From an uncultured virus (IMG/VR IMGVR_UViG_2651869816_000009) (lineage: Duplodnaviria; Heunggongvirae; Uroviricota; Caudoviricetes), in IMG/VR virus record IMGVR_UViG_2651869816_000009: a stretch of 64,000 nt of DNA; one strand, 5' to 3'. How positions within the stretch are numbered: the stretch's first letter is position 1; every line of letters begins with the position of its first letter. Below the pieces are notes generated by a model. That model had not been told where the DNA came from. It saw only the letters and a list, made by a program, of their open reading frames with translations, and searched no databases. The position numbers and the translations under genes are program-made. Shown in pieces: positions 9,399 through 17,743 of this stretch.

Positions 9399-10154
9399 TT
9401 AAATATCACCATCATTCTTTTCCACTGAAATATCCATGAGATCATAACTACCATCCGCAACCTTCTCTTCTGGATCTCTCTCATTTCTAACAGCATCAAA
9501 TTCTTCCGGTAAAAATTCAATGTTAGAAGTTTCAATAAACTTTTTCCAACTGTCTATACGATACATTGTCTTCGTTGCTGGATCAGGTAATATTAATTGA
9601 ATATCCGAAAGCCATTTTGTTTCACTATCAATAGAATATGCAATAATGTAAAATCGTTTAAACTTTTGCTTTAATACTTCTTCTTCAAGCTCTAAATCGG
9701 TTCCCCAAATATTTAATTGTTTTGGTTTAGATTCTATTTTGATCTCTTTCGGTATACGATCTCCGTAAATGGTAACATCATTATTTATTTCTGATAATTT
9801 ATTTATATAGTTTATTTCTTCATCAAATTTATTTTTTGAAGTTGGAATCACATTACTAACCGTTGAAGTGTTTTTTATAATAAACATGACCCTATCATTT
9901 TCATTTTTAAATTGTAAGTATCCCCACGTATAGCCCGCCTTGGCTTTTTTAAAGTTAATTCCTAATTTATCACACTCCATTTTTACATAATGATCAATAT
10001 GATTCCCCTTGACCCATGCATATGCACTACTTACAGTCAATGTCTTGCTTTTTTCTTTCCTTTCAACTAGATATGATTTATACCCCTTTAAAATCCCATC
10101 TACAATACGTTGAATTGTATGCTCCGAAAATTTATACTTTTTCATTCTCTTCAT
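9399..10154 (-). CDS. Spr1630-like putative toxin
   Basis: AYAWVKGNHID and KAGYTWGYL motifs as recalled for the Spr1630 family; immediately upstream of the HTH-M78 gene. Confidence 0.6.
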   Translation of the reverse strand: MKRMKKYKFSEHTIQRIVDGILKGYKSYLVERKEKSKTLTVSSAYAWVKGNHIDHYVKMECDKLGINFKKAKAGYTWGYLQFKNENDRVMFIIKNTSTVSNVIPTSKNKFDEEINYINKLSEINNDVTIYGDRIPKEIKIESKPKQLNIWGTDLELEEEVLKQKFKRFYIIAYSIDSETKWLSDIQLILPDPATKTMYRIDSWKKFIETSNIEFLPEEFDAVRNERDPEEKVADGSYDLMDISVEKNDGDI

Positions 10155-10295
10155 CTCCCTATGTATAATTTGACAAGCCGTCTATTATACATTTTAAACA
10201 AAAGGGGTATTTTTTTAAAGTGTTTTATATTATTATGCATGTAAATTAAACTATTTACTCTTGCAATTTTAATCAAAGGATTATTTTGTTTGGTT

Positions 10296-10505
10296 TTATA
10301 ATGCTCTTTTCTCTCTTAGTAACTGAATGTTATTAATTACAACCGTATGAGCATTGCATTTTTCTTTTAACAGATCCATTAGATCCAGGACATCTTTTCT
10401 ACTATTTAGTTTCGAACGGCTATTGAATAAATACGTGCAATCCGCATTACCGTTTTTTTGGTAATACTTATAAGAAATCAAATATTCAAATCTACGTGGC
10501 CTCAT
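10296..10505 (-). CDS. Hypothetical phage protein
   Basis: ORF with RBS AGGAGAGG. Confidence 0.6.
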   Translation of the reverse strand: MRPRRFEYLISYKYYQKNGNADCTYLFNSRSKLNSRKDVLDLMDLLKEKCNAHTVVINNIQLLREKRAL

Positions 10506-10554
10506 TTTCTTCTTCCTCTCCTGAATGAAACTCAATATTTTGTCAATACTGTAG

Positions 10555-10635
10555 ATGGAGGAATTTTTATATACCCATTAATTCCTTCCTTTCTTTAAGG
10601 GTTGAGCAGTTAGCTTTTGCTAGCTGCTCTTTTAT
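10555..10635 (+). ncRNA. Candidate sRNA unit 1
   Basis: SigG-like TGAATG-N17-AATACT upstream; CU-rich TTCCTTCCTTTC; terminator GAGCAGTTAGCTTTTGCTAGCTGCTC plus T tract. Confidence 0.4.
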
Positions 10636-10671
10636 TTTTTATCACTTTTTTTATAAAGTGACATACTTTGT

Positions 10672-10762
10672 ATTGAACACTTTTCAATACACCTTCATAA
10701 GGCCTGCTTAAATGTTTTAAATTCACTCCGAGAAAGAGCACTGTTCGAAGGTGCTCTTTTTT
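10672..10762 (+). ncRNA. Candidate sRNA unit 2
   Basis: SigK-like AC-N16-CATACTTT (10644-10669); 3' module AATTCACTCCGAGAAAGAGCACTGTTCGAAGGTGCTCTTTT repeated at about 13001-13041. Confidence 0.45.
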
Positions 10763-10809
10763 AATTTTACACATCCGAATATTCCTTAATATTTAACACA
10801 TACTATATA

Positions 10810-10900
10810 TGGGCGATAAGCCAGAACTCTTTTAACCGTCCATGTATTCCTTCACTTCTTATCTGTATCGAGCAGTTAGCTTTTGCTAGCTGCTCTTTTA
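10810..10900 (+). ncRNA. Candidate sRNA unit 3
   Basis: SigE-like TATT-N15-CATACTAT (10780-10806); CATGTATTCCTTC is antisense to an RBS+AUG; same terminator as unit 1. Confidence 0.45.
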
Positions 10901-11053
10901 TTTGCGAACACTTTAGACAAGATTTCATATAATATATCCAGTCCGTTCTTATAACTTAAGCTCGTCAATTTCGTTATAAAAATAGCGTTATATCCTATAA
11001 CTTTTTTCAGGAATCATACATATGTTATATATGAAAAAGTGACTCTGTTTTAT

Positions 11054-11086
11054 AAAAAGGCGGTTGCGGAAACAACCGCCTTTTTA
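11054..11086. terminator. Bidirectional intrinsic terminator
   Basis: AAAAAGGCGGTTGCGGAAACAACCGCCTTTTT. Confidence 0.75.
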
Positions 11087-11106
11087 TTTATGACAAAATG
11101 AAATTT

Positions 11107-11469
11107 TTATTCAATTTCTGCATCTAGACCATCGTCAATTAAGAAGTCACATAGTATATCTAAATCACCACTTGCCACAACCATTTCCCATGCTTCGCCT
11201 TCATAACCATATTCCTCCGCAAGATCATTGACCGCACGATTAAAATCTGTAAAATTAAATTCTCCATAATTAACAACCAAACTTCGAATGTTATCCGGTT
11301 CTTCCGTTTGTTCCGGTTTTAGCTCATCGATTGTTATATCTTTTTCAACTAGCACCTCTTCTTCGACATATCCATCACGAACACGATCAGCTGCTTGTTC
11401 TAATGTTTCCGCCTCTATAATTCCCTCGTACACCTTAGTTTCCGTAAACGTTACAGTAAAAGTTTTCAT
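11107..11469 (-). CDS. Acidic hypothetical protein (cassette)
   Basis: RBS AAGGAGA; bounded by boundary sites at 11094 and 11490. Confidence 0.7.
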   Translation of the reverse strand: MKTFTVTFTETKVYEGIIEAETLEQAADRVRDGYVEEEVLVEKDITIDELKPEQTEEPDNIRSLVVNYGEFNFTDFNRAVNDLAEEYGYEGEAWEMVVASGDLDILCDFLIDDGLDAEIE

Positions 11470-11506
11470 TATCCATTCTCCTTTTCTAATAAAATGAAGT
11501 TTTTGT

Positions 11507-11731
11507 TCAGTTTTCAATTAGTTCAAGCCCGTAACTTAATTTCAAATTACCTAATACATCTAACTCACCTACGTACCATTCTCTTCCTTGCGAATCTTCT
11601 GCAAAGTATTCTTCCGTTTCTTCGTGTAATTTCGCTTCTAGTATTTCGTTCTTTTTAACTTCTGCTATAATTTCATCTAAATCATCAAATTCTTTTGCAT
11701 CCTCTAATACTCTTACTTTAATTGTTTTCAT
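11507..11731 (-). CDS. Hypothetical protein
   Basis: 74 aa ORF coupled to the upstream gene. Confidence 0.7.
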   Translation of the reverse strand: MKTIKVRVLEDAKEFDDLDEIIAEVKKNEILEAKLHEETEEYFAEDSQGREWYVGELDVLGNLKLSYGLELIEN

Positions 11732-12132
11732 TTCTCTTCATCCTTCTTATATTCTCTTAATTTTTCTTGCATTTCATAAATACCAGAATGCACCTTCTTG
11801 ATATCTTGTTTTAACTGTTCCGGAACATCATCCACGAGTGCCAGTACCGTATTTGCCCAACTCATAAATTGAGAAGCATTCCCCATATAAGCTAAAGCTT
11901 GGAAAACATAATCCTCTTCCAATCCCAATGCTTTTAAATTTTCTAGATTCGGCCGATAATCTAATACATTATCTGAAAACCCATTATTAAGTAGCGCTTC
12001 ATTCATTGCGGATTGAATAGCATCAATGCCAAATTCAGAATATGCTTCGAAACATTCACGCACTGATTCTGGAGTCCATCCTTTTTCAACCAGTTCCTTA
12101 CACTTTTCAACCAACTCTTCATATGTTTTCAT
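11728..12132 (-). CDS. Hypothetical protein
   Basis: ORF with RBS AGAGG. Confidence 0.7.
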   Translation of the reverse strand: MKTYEELVEKCKELVEKGWTPESVRECFEAYSEFGIDAIQSAMNEALLNNGFSDNVLDYRPNLENLKALGLEEDYVFQALAYMGNASQFMSWANTVLALVDDVPEQLKQDIKKVHSGIYEMQEKLREYKKDEEK

Positions 12133-12288
12133 GGTTATCATCCTCTTTTTTTAATAAAATAGCGTTTTTGTTATTAAATCCTTTCATTACAATAATGTAA
12201 GGTTTTTGTAATGTTATTCGATAGTTAATTACATCCAAATGTTATTAAATACAGTTGTTACTGAAAAAACATATGGAGGAATTACAAC

Positions 12289-12657
12289 ATGAAAAAATTT
12301 CTTATTATCGCCGCTCTATTTTGTGTGGGACTAGGTGCATTTTTATTTAAGGGCGGAGTTATGGCTGATAGAATTAGTCCATTAGTAAAAACAGATGATT
12401 ATTATACAGTTGTAAAAACTGATGGAAAACATTTAGGTAAAGACTCTATACGTGAAGGTAGTGAAAGCTATGAACACAAATTCACTGGCTACAATGAAGA
12501 TGGTAAAGAGCAAGATATTACAATTAATGTAACTAAAGAACTTCGTCACGATGCTTACTTAAAAGTTATAGCTAAAGGGTCAAACGGAAAAACATGGATG
12601 GAAGTACAACCAAATGAGATTCCAGCAGCCGCTAAAGTAAAATTAGGGCTCAGATAA
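12289..12657 (+). CDS. YxeA/DUF1093-family exported protein (moron)
   Basis: Signal/TM segment; DDYY, GYNEDGKEQ, LRHDAYLK and WMEVQ motifs; own RBS GGAGG and terminator. Confidence 0.75.
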   Translation: MKKFLIIAALFCVGLGAFLFKGGVMADRISPLVKTDDYYTVVKTDGKHLGKDSIREGSESYEHKFTGYNEDGKEQDITINVTKELRHDAYLKVIAKGSNGKTWMEVQPNEIPAAAKVKLGLR

Positions 12658-12806
12658 ACTAATCGTACGCACGCTGTAGTTGGCTTATCCTCTACAGCCT
12701 TTTTAAATTCTGGACTCCTGTACAATCACCTCAAATAAATATTTTATTAATATTTTGATTTGAACATATAGTTGTCAAAATAATCAGTTGAGTGTTAAAA
12801 TACCAT

Positions 12807-12897
12807 AGATTCTCCTTAAGGAGTTATCATGTAATTAAACAAGAGTTTAAAAATTCTCGAATCTTAGCCCCTTGGAGCGCCCTTCAAGGGGCTGAAC
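12807..12897 (+). ncRNA. Candidate sRNA unit (SigA-type)
   Basis: TTGTCA-N18-TAAAAT with extended TG (12772-12801); hairpin TTAGCCCCTTGGAG...TTCAAGGGGCTGA; only an ATG-TAA minigene. Confidence 0.4.
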
Positions 12898-12969
12898 TAA
12901 TTAAAATAACGATTTATTGAGCTTTACACCTTTTTTTATCACCTATCTATATACAAATTCATACCCTAT

Positions 12970-13042
12970 ACAGATAGATGCTTTATCATATAGTTGACTG
13001 AATTCACTCCGGGAAAGAGCACTGTTCGAAGGTGCTCTTTTC
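12970..13042 (+). ncRNA. Candidate sRNA unit paralogous to unit 2
   Basis: ATCAC-N17-CATACCCT SigK-like promoter; 3' 41 nt nearly identical to about 10720-10760. Confidence 0.45.
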
Positions 13043-13148
13043 AATTAAACTAACGTCTTTGTTTAGGTTTCGACTTTCAATACTATTAACACAATCTTTT
13101 ACCTTACATAAGTAATAAAATATTTTTATATTCATAATACGGAAAGGT

Positions 13149-13352
13149 ATGATTAATATGTTTTTTGCAGCTACGCTTATAAATATTTGCGAAATTAATG
13201 AGGATTATCTTATAACTTGTACAATAGATAACCATTCTAAATTTGACTTTGTAATTTCTAAAAGCAAGGTGTATGGTACTCCATTTATAGGTGCACATGT
13301 TTCTGGAGTTTATGATGACAATAAAGAGATAACAAACATCTTTATTGAATAA
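13149..13352 (+). CDS. Hypothetical protein (inverted cassette)
   Basis: 67 aa ORF followed by hairpin ATGACACG...TGTCAT. Confidence 0.45.
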   Translation: MINMFFAATLINICEINEDYLITCTIDNHSKFDFVISKSKVYGTPFIGAHVSGVYDDNKEITNIFIE

Positions 13353-13413
13353 ATGACACGTTTTTTATGTCATTACATATATTTTTGATACCAAATAAGA
13401 ATTTTGTTTAGTT

Positions 13414-13656
13414 TTACTCCTCATCCCAACGCTCAACTCTTCCGCGTGACCAAGACCAAATACCATTCTTCTGCAATGTTTCTAATTCAATTTCTACTGG
13501 AACGTAGTCATCATCTAACTGCTGACTAATAAAGTCCTCGGCTACCTCTTTTGTAGGTAAGAAACAAGCTTCACTTAAATCCATTGCGTCCTCTTCTTTT
13601 ACGAAATCGTAAAATACATCTTCTTCATATTGATAAGCAAGCGCCCAAAATTTCAT
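13414..13656 (-). CDS. Hypothetical protein
   Basis: 80 aa, RBS AGGGAGA. Confidence 0.7.
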   Translation of the reverse strand: MKFWALAYQYEEDVFYDFVKEEDAMDLSEACFLPTKEVAEDFISQQLDDDYVPVEIELETLQKNGIWSWSRGRVERWDEE

Positions 13657-13672
13657 CTCTCATTCTCCCTTT

Positions 13673-13909
13673 CTATCTATCTTCTTTAATAAATGCTATT
13701 TCTTCGATAAAAATATCAATCGGTAGCAGCCAAGAAACGTACTGATTTTTACATCCGTTCCTATTCCATTTGAAAGTTGGGTCTAATCTATTAGGAAACT
13801 TCCCATCAGGCTTTCGTATCGTTGAGATTTTGATATTCTTCATTCTCATAAAATTTTCTTCACCTATTTTTGTCATTTGTCTATTTCTTGTATGTCTCAT
13901 CCGCTTCAT
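13673..13909 (-). CDS. Hypothetical protein
   Basis: 78 aa, RBS GGAGAGG abutting the site at 13917. Confidence 0.6.
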   Translation of the reverse strand: MKRMRHTRNRQMTKIGEENFMRMKNIKISTIRKPDGKFPNRLDPTFKWNRNGCKNQYVSWLLPIDIFIEEIAFIKEDR

Positions 13910-13932
13910 TCCTCTCCAAAATAACTATTTTG

Positions 13933-14535
13933 TTATAAAGTCACTGCTTCTGCTGCAGCTTCATTTTTCTCTAATTGCTCAATTACCATTTGTAACCCTA
14001 ACCAGTAGGCCATAAAACGATATGGTAAAACTTTTCCAAAATCATTAACATCTGATATTGTATCTGAATCCATTGAAGTAGTATGGTATGCATCATATAA
14101 CCAATATTGGTATTCACCTATTGATGAACTCTCATTAATCGCCGACAATATTTTCTCATGCATTTCTTCACCGTCTGATTCTATCTCGTTCATGTCGTTT
14201 TCATCCCAATAATCATTTAATTCTCTTCTAGCTTTTTTATTATCAAAATTCCACCGATCGCCCCTGTGAGCTTGTAATTTACCTGTAAAATAACTAAGGT
14301 TAAATCCTTTAATTTTTTCCAGAGTTGCTGCACATGTTAATGTATAAACCGCCTCGCCAATATCACCCGAAACAAATACATTTGATCCAGACAATACATA
14401 TTTAACGCGGTACATGTTTGTTCCTGGCTCTCCCCATTGAATAACTTGCAATCCTGCTTCGCCATTTATTTCCGCTACATGATTTCCGAACCAATTCTCT
14501 CTAATTTCTTTAGTTGCTTTTTCAATGTATTCCAT
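13933..14535 (-). CDS. Conserved phage protein of unknown function
   Basis: Long ORF with VSGDIGEAVY motif; coupled to the upstream gene. Confidence 0.75.
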   Translation of the reverse strand: MEYIEKATKEIRENWFGNHVAEINGEAGLQVIQWGEPGTNMYRVKYVLSGSNVFVSGDIGEAVYTLTCAATLEKIKGFNLSYFTGKLQAHRGDRWNFDNKKARRELNDYWDENDMNEIESDGEEMHEKILSAINESSSIGEYQYWLYDAYHTTSMDSDTISDVNDFGKVLPYRFMAYWLGLQMVIEQLEKNEAAAEAVTL

Positions 14536-14725
14536 TTTCTGATTCCCCCAGTTTTTTAATTCCATCGTTTACACTTTTTAATTGCTCTTCAAACATTTTT
14601 ATCATTGATCTTCTCATACGTTCGGTGTTAGTAGGATATAAAACGCGATCTTCTATATCCTCGATTTTATCTTCCAATCTCTTCTTCTCTTTATTTAACG
14701 TGTAAAGAGCGTGATTGTATGCCAT
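14522..14725 (-). CDS. Coiled-coil hypothetical protein
   Basis: 67 aa, RBS AAGGGG. Confidence 0.65.
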   Translation of the reverse strand: MAYNHALYTLNKEKKRLEDKIEDIEDRVLYPTNTERMRRSMIKMFEEQLKSVNDGIKKLGESENGIH

Positions 14726-14770
14726 ATCTATTCCCCTTTTTGACTAAAATAACGCTTTTGTTGAGTTTTA

Positions 14771-15466
14771 TTACCAACCAAAATTAGTAGGAACATACAC
14801 TTGTTGTTGTGTTCTAATGATTTGTCTTAAATCATTTTGAGGTGGCATATGATCCGTTTCTGTTACACGAATTAAATATCTCCATTCATGTTTCGTTGCT
14901 TCGATACCACGGTGGATATCAAACCAATCAAACTCAATTGGTGTACATGTAGGAGCTGTAAATACTTCTAATTCTCCTGTTGATACTTTTTCCCTCACTT
15001 GCTGATTCACCATGCTGTATAGCTTTGTATTTGGTTCTTCCGGTACATCTAGCTCTACAGGTTGTCCAATAAATTCTGTTAAACACCCTTCACCTGTAAC
15101 GAGTAAATGGAATCTGCTGTCAGTTAAGTAGTCTTGCGAAAAAATATTAGGAGCTGCTTTTGCTTCTGGTCGTAATTCTTTTCCTCTTGGGACACCATCA
15201 CTATGCCAATTAGGAATCGCTGGACACATGCCAGGCATTAACATATGAACTTTGGTATCTACTACAATGTATTTACGGTCGTGTCGTAAATTCATAGATC
15301 CAATGGCCGCCTTTGTAAGTTCTCCCCCATATTTCAGTGCATCATCTAATGAAGCGTTCCATAATGCTGGTGTATTCTTTAACACTTCAATACTCGGCTG
15401 CTCAATTGCTTTATCGTGACCTATATAAACTGGATTTCTATTGAATTGAAATTTAACTGTTTTCAT
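14771..15466 (-). CDS. Putative 2OG-Fe(II) dioxygenase-fold protein
   Basis: WHSDG (HxD), distal DIHRG (His) and WRYLIRV (Arg). Confidence 0.55.
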   Translation of the reverse strand: MKTVKFQFNRNPVYIGHDKAIEQPSIEVLKNTPALWNASLDDALKYGGELTKAAIGSMNLRHDRKYIVVDTKVHMLMPGMCPAIPNWHSDGVPRGKELRPEAKAAPNIFSQDYLTDSRFHLLVTGEGCLTEFIGQPVELDVPEEPNTKLYSMVNQQVREKVSTGELEVFTAPTCTPIEFDWFDIHRGIEATKHEWRYLIRVTETDHMPPQNDLRQIIRTQQQVYVPTNFGW

Positions 15467-15564
15467 TTTTCTCTCCCCATTTCTTAATAAAATTCAAATT
15501 TTGCACCATTTAATTTACTTTTATTGTATTTATTTATAAAGTCATTACGACTTTACCCTTATAC

Positions 15565-15600
15565 AAAGAGCCATGAGCCTTCACAACTCATGGCTCTTTT
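15565..15600 (+). terminator. Intrinsic terminator within a non-coding cassette
   Basis: AAAGAGCCATGAG-CCTTCACAA-CTCATGGCTCTTTT. Confidence 0.7.
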
Positions 15601-15625
15601 CATTACAAACTCCATAATTCATATT

Positions 15626-16102
15626 TTAAAAGAATGCTAGTTGCCCATCCGGTCTTTCTAACAATGAAACAGATTCCTGTTTTGACGTTTCTTTAACTTC
15701 TTCTGGTACTGCTGCTAATTCTTCAAAATTAGCAAACCAATGTATCGGAAAACATCCACATAATTTTTCGCGTTCTCGATCATGCCAGAAGAAACAATGT
15801 GTACCTTTAGGTTTTATAATGTAATCCTTAAGTGGTTTATGTTTATAGCCTTTTGTTCGCCAAATTAATTGAGCTTTATAGAATTTACTTTCATCTAAAT
15901 TCGGCATATTAATTTGCGGTTCTGATGTCCAAACCTCGTTTTCTACCACTTTAAATCTCTCTACTGGATAACATCCAAAATGCGATTCCTTACGATCGAA
16001 TTTACTGACATAGTAATGATTAGGCTTAGCCGGGAATAAAAAATATTCTTCATTTATTCCTAGTAGAGCTGAATGATCCACATCTATGCACATACCTTTC
16101 AT
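15626..16102 (-). CDS. Conserved B. cereus phage early protein
   Basis: 158 aa with two HFGCY/CGCF-type repeats and GQLAFF C-terminus (beta-clamp-motif-like). Confidence 0.75.
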   Translation of the reverse strand: MKGMCIDVDHSALLGINEEYFLFPAKPNHYYVSKFDRKESHFGCYPVERFKVVENEVWTSEPQINMPNLDESKFYKAQLIWRTKGYKHKPLKDYIIKPKGTHCFFWHDREREKLCGCFPIHWFANFEELAAVPEEVKETSKQESVSLLERPDGQLAFF

Positions 16103-16105
16103 TGC

Positions 16106-16615
16106 TTAATACCCGTTATTCTGACGTTGATGATTTACTTCGTTCTTCTTGTAATAACCTTGCTCAATCTCTTCAAATGTAAATTCTAATTTCTTACCTA
16201 ATCCTAAGTAGGAATATAGCAATTCTTCGTACAACTCCCTATCTTGAGTTGCACGAAATTCCGATACAGCTTCATATACATTGTTGAATTGACTGACTAA
16301 CGAACTTGCAGAAAAAACATTTGCGTTGTGATTTAAAAATTCTGCACTATATTCATTAGGATTAAAGCCAATACCATTGCCTAATGAGGCTATGAAATGT
16401 AAACCGTCAACATATTCCATCAGAATAACTTCTTTTTCACTTGGCCCTTTATTGCTCCAATGCTTAAAGCATCTAGTTTCATTTGCAAGCTCTCCAATTT
16501 CAACCTGTAAAGCAAGAATCATATTGTAAAATAAATTTACTCCTTCTAATCCGTGCTCCTTAACGATTCTTGTATCTAATACCTTTTGCATTCCGAATAT
16601 TTTAATTAAATTCAT
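16106..16615 (-). CDS. Dimeric dUTP diphosphatase
   Basis: EIGELANETRCFKHW, EYVDGLHF and KNEVNHQRQ motifs. Confidence 0.9.
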   Translation of the reverse strand: MNLIKIFGMQKVLDTRIVKEHGLEGVNLFYNMILALQVEIGELANETRCFKHWSNKGPSEKEVILMEYVDGLHFIASLGNGIGFNPNEYSAEFLNHNANVFSASSLVSQFNNVYEAVSEFRATQDRELYEELLYSYLGLGKKLEFTFEEIEQGYYKKNEVNHQRQNNGY

Positions 16616-16634
16616 TTTGATTTCCCCTTCCTAT

Positions 16635-16886
16635 TTAGCAAATCCCTAATCCTATCGGACGATTTTCAATTAAATACTTATCAGCCTGATCTATTACAAG
16701 AAGTGCAACTTCCGCTTGGTGTCTCCTTAACGCTTTTGCCATCCTTGGTAAGCTCATACCTTGACTCCACATTTCACGAAAACGAACTACATCTCTTTCA
16801 TCCCAAATGAAGTTAGCCTCTTCTAAAGCGATGTATACCTTCAAGCGTGATTCCTTCATCGCTTCATGATTTCTTGCGACACTCAT
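16635..16886 (-). CDS. Small HTH-like phage protein
   Basis: FREMWSQGMSLPRMAKALRR. Confidence 0.65.
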   Translation of the reverse strand: MSVARNHEAMKESRLKVYIALEEANFIWDERDVVRFREMWSQGMSLPRMAKALRRHQAEVALLVIDQADKYLIENRPIGLGIC

Positions 16887-16913
16887 AAGCGACCCCACTT
16901 TCTTATTAAATAA

Positions 16914-17078
16914 TTAATCTATCTTTTCATTAGAAGTAGTTTTGACATGGACACCCTTACCGTTCACCCAAATTACGACTTGCTCACCAAAACCGCTTTC
17001 TGGCGGGTTGAATGAAAGGATTTCACCATCTTTTACTACAAGGAGTTTATTACTTGTAACATCGATTTCTTTCTTCAT
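16914..17078 (-). CDS. DUF3954-like small phage protein
   Basis: VVKDG...PPESGFGEQVVIWVNGK. Confidence 0.65.
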   Translation of the reverse strand: MKKEIDVTSNKLLVVKDGEILSFNPPESGFGEQVVIWVNGKGVHVKTTSNEKID

Positions 17079-17098
17079 ATGTCCCTCTCCCTTTTTTC

Positions 17099-17458
17099 TC
17101 ACTTCATGTACTCGACAACATCTGGCTTAAATCCACTTCCTAAGTAAATCCGTACCGGGATTATTTCTTTTTTATCCCTTGCTGCCTTACACAATTCTTC
17201 GGCTGCATCCCAATTAAAAAACTTATCTACAGCTCGTTGAAATCTCCAAATTGCCATTGTATAGTGTTCAAAGATGTCATAACGATCATCTTGTTTAGTT
17301 GTACGTGGTAATTCATCCGTGCATTTAGCGTTCTTGGGAACATGAACGCGTACATCTGCATATGTAACCCGACCAGGTCCCCTCTTTACATTTGCTTTCA
17401 TTACATCGAACTGACAAATTTCTGGTTCTACATCAAAAATATTTAGTTGTTTAGGCAT
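17099..17458 (-). CDS. Conserved phage protein
   Basis: 119 aa ORF in the early operon (MPKQLNIFDV). Confidence 0.7.
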   Translation of the reverse strand: MPKQLNIFDVEPEICQFDVMKANVKRGPGRVTYADVRVHVPKNAKCTDELPRTTKQDDRYDIFEHYTMAIWRFQRAVDKFFNWDAAEELCKAARDKKEIIPVRIYLGSGFKPDVVEYMK

Positions 17459-17729
17459 GTTCCATCACATTCTTTTGAAGGAGGTCCAGTAACTCACTTG
17501 CACCTTTCTTACTCAAAAACATTCGCCCATCTAACAATTCAATGTTGGATTCAGACACTTCGCCAGTTACAAAGCATGATTTTTCTTGTTTTTTCAAAAT
17601 GATGTTTTCTCCATAAATATGAAAGTCTACAGCTGTACCTTCAGCAATCCCCAAAGTTCTGCGTAACTCTACTGGAATTACTACACGCCCTAACTCATCG
17701 ACTTTTCTTACAATACCTGTATTTTTCAT
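17451..17729 (-). CDS. AbrB-family transition-state regulator homolog
   Basis: MKNTGIVRKVDELGRVVIPVELRRTLGI. Confidence 0.92.
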   Translation of the reverse strand: MKNTGIVRKVDELGRVVIPVELRRTLGIAEGTAVDFHIYGENIILKKQEKSCFVTGEVSESNIELLDGRMFLSKKGASELLDLLQKNVMEHA

Positions 17730-17743
17730 CTTTAACTCCCCCC

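Noticed and set aside
10560..13045. Repeated hairpins as a CRISPR array
   Set aside because: Only two copies of each repeat, irregular spacing, terminator-like T tracts and no cas genes.
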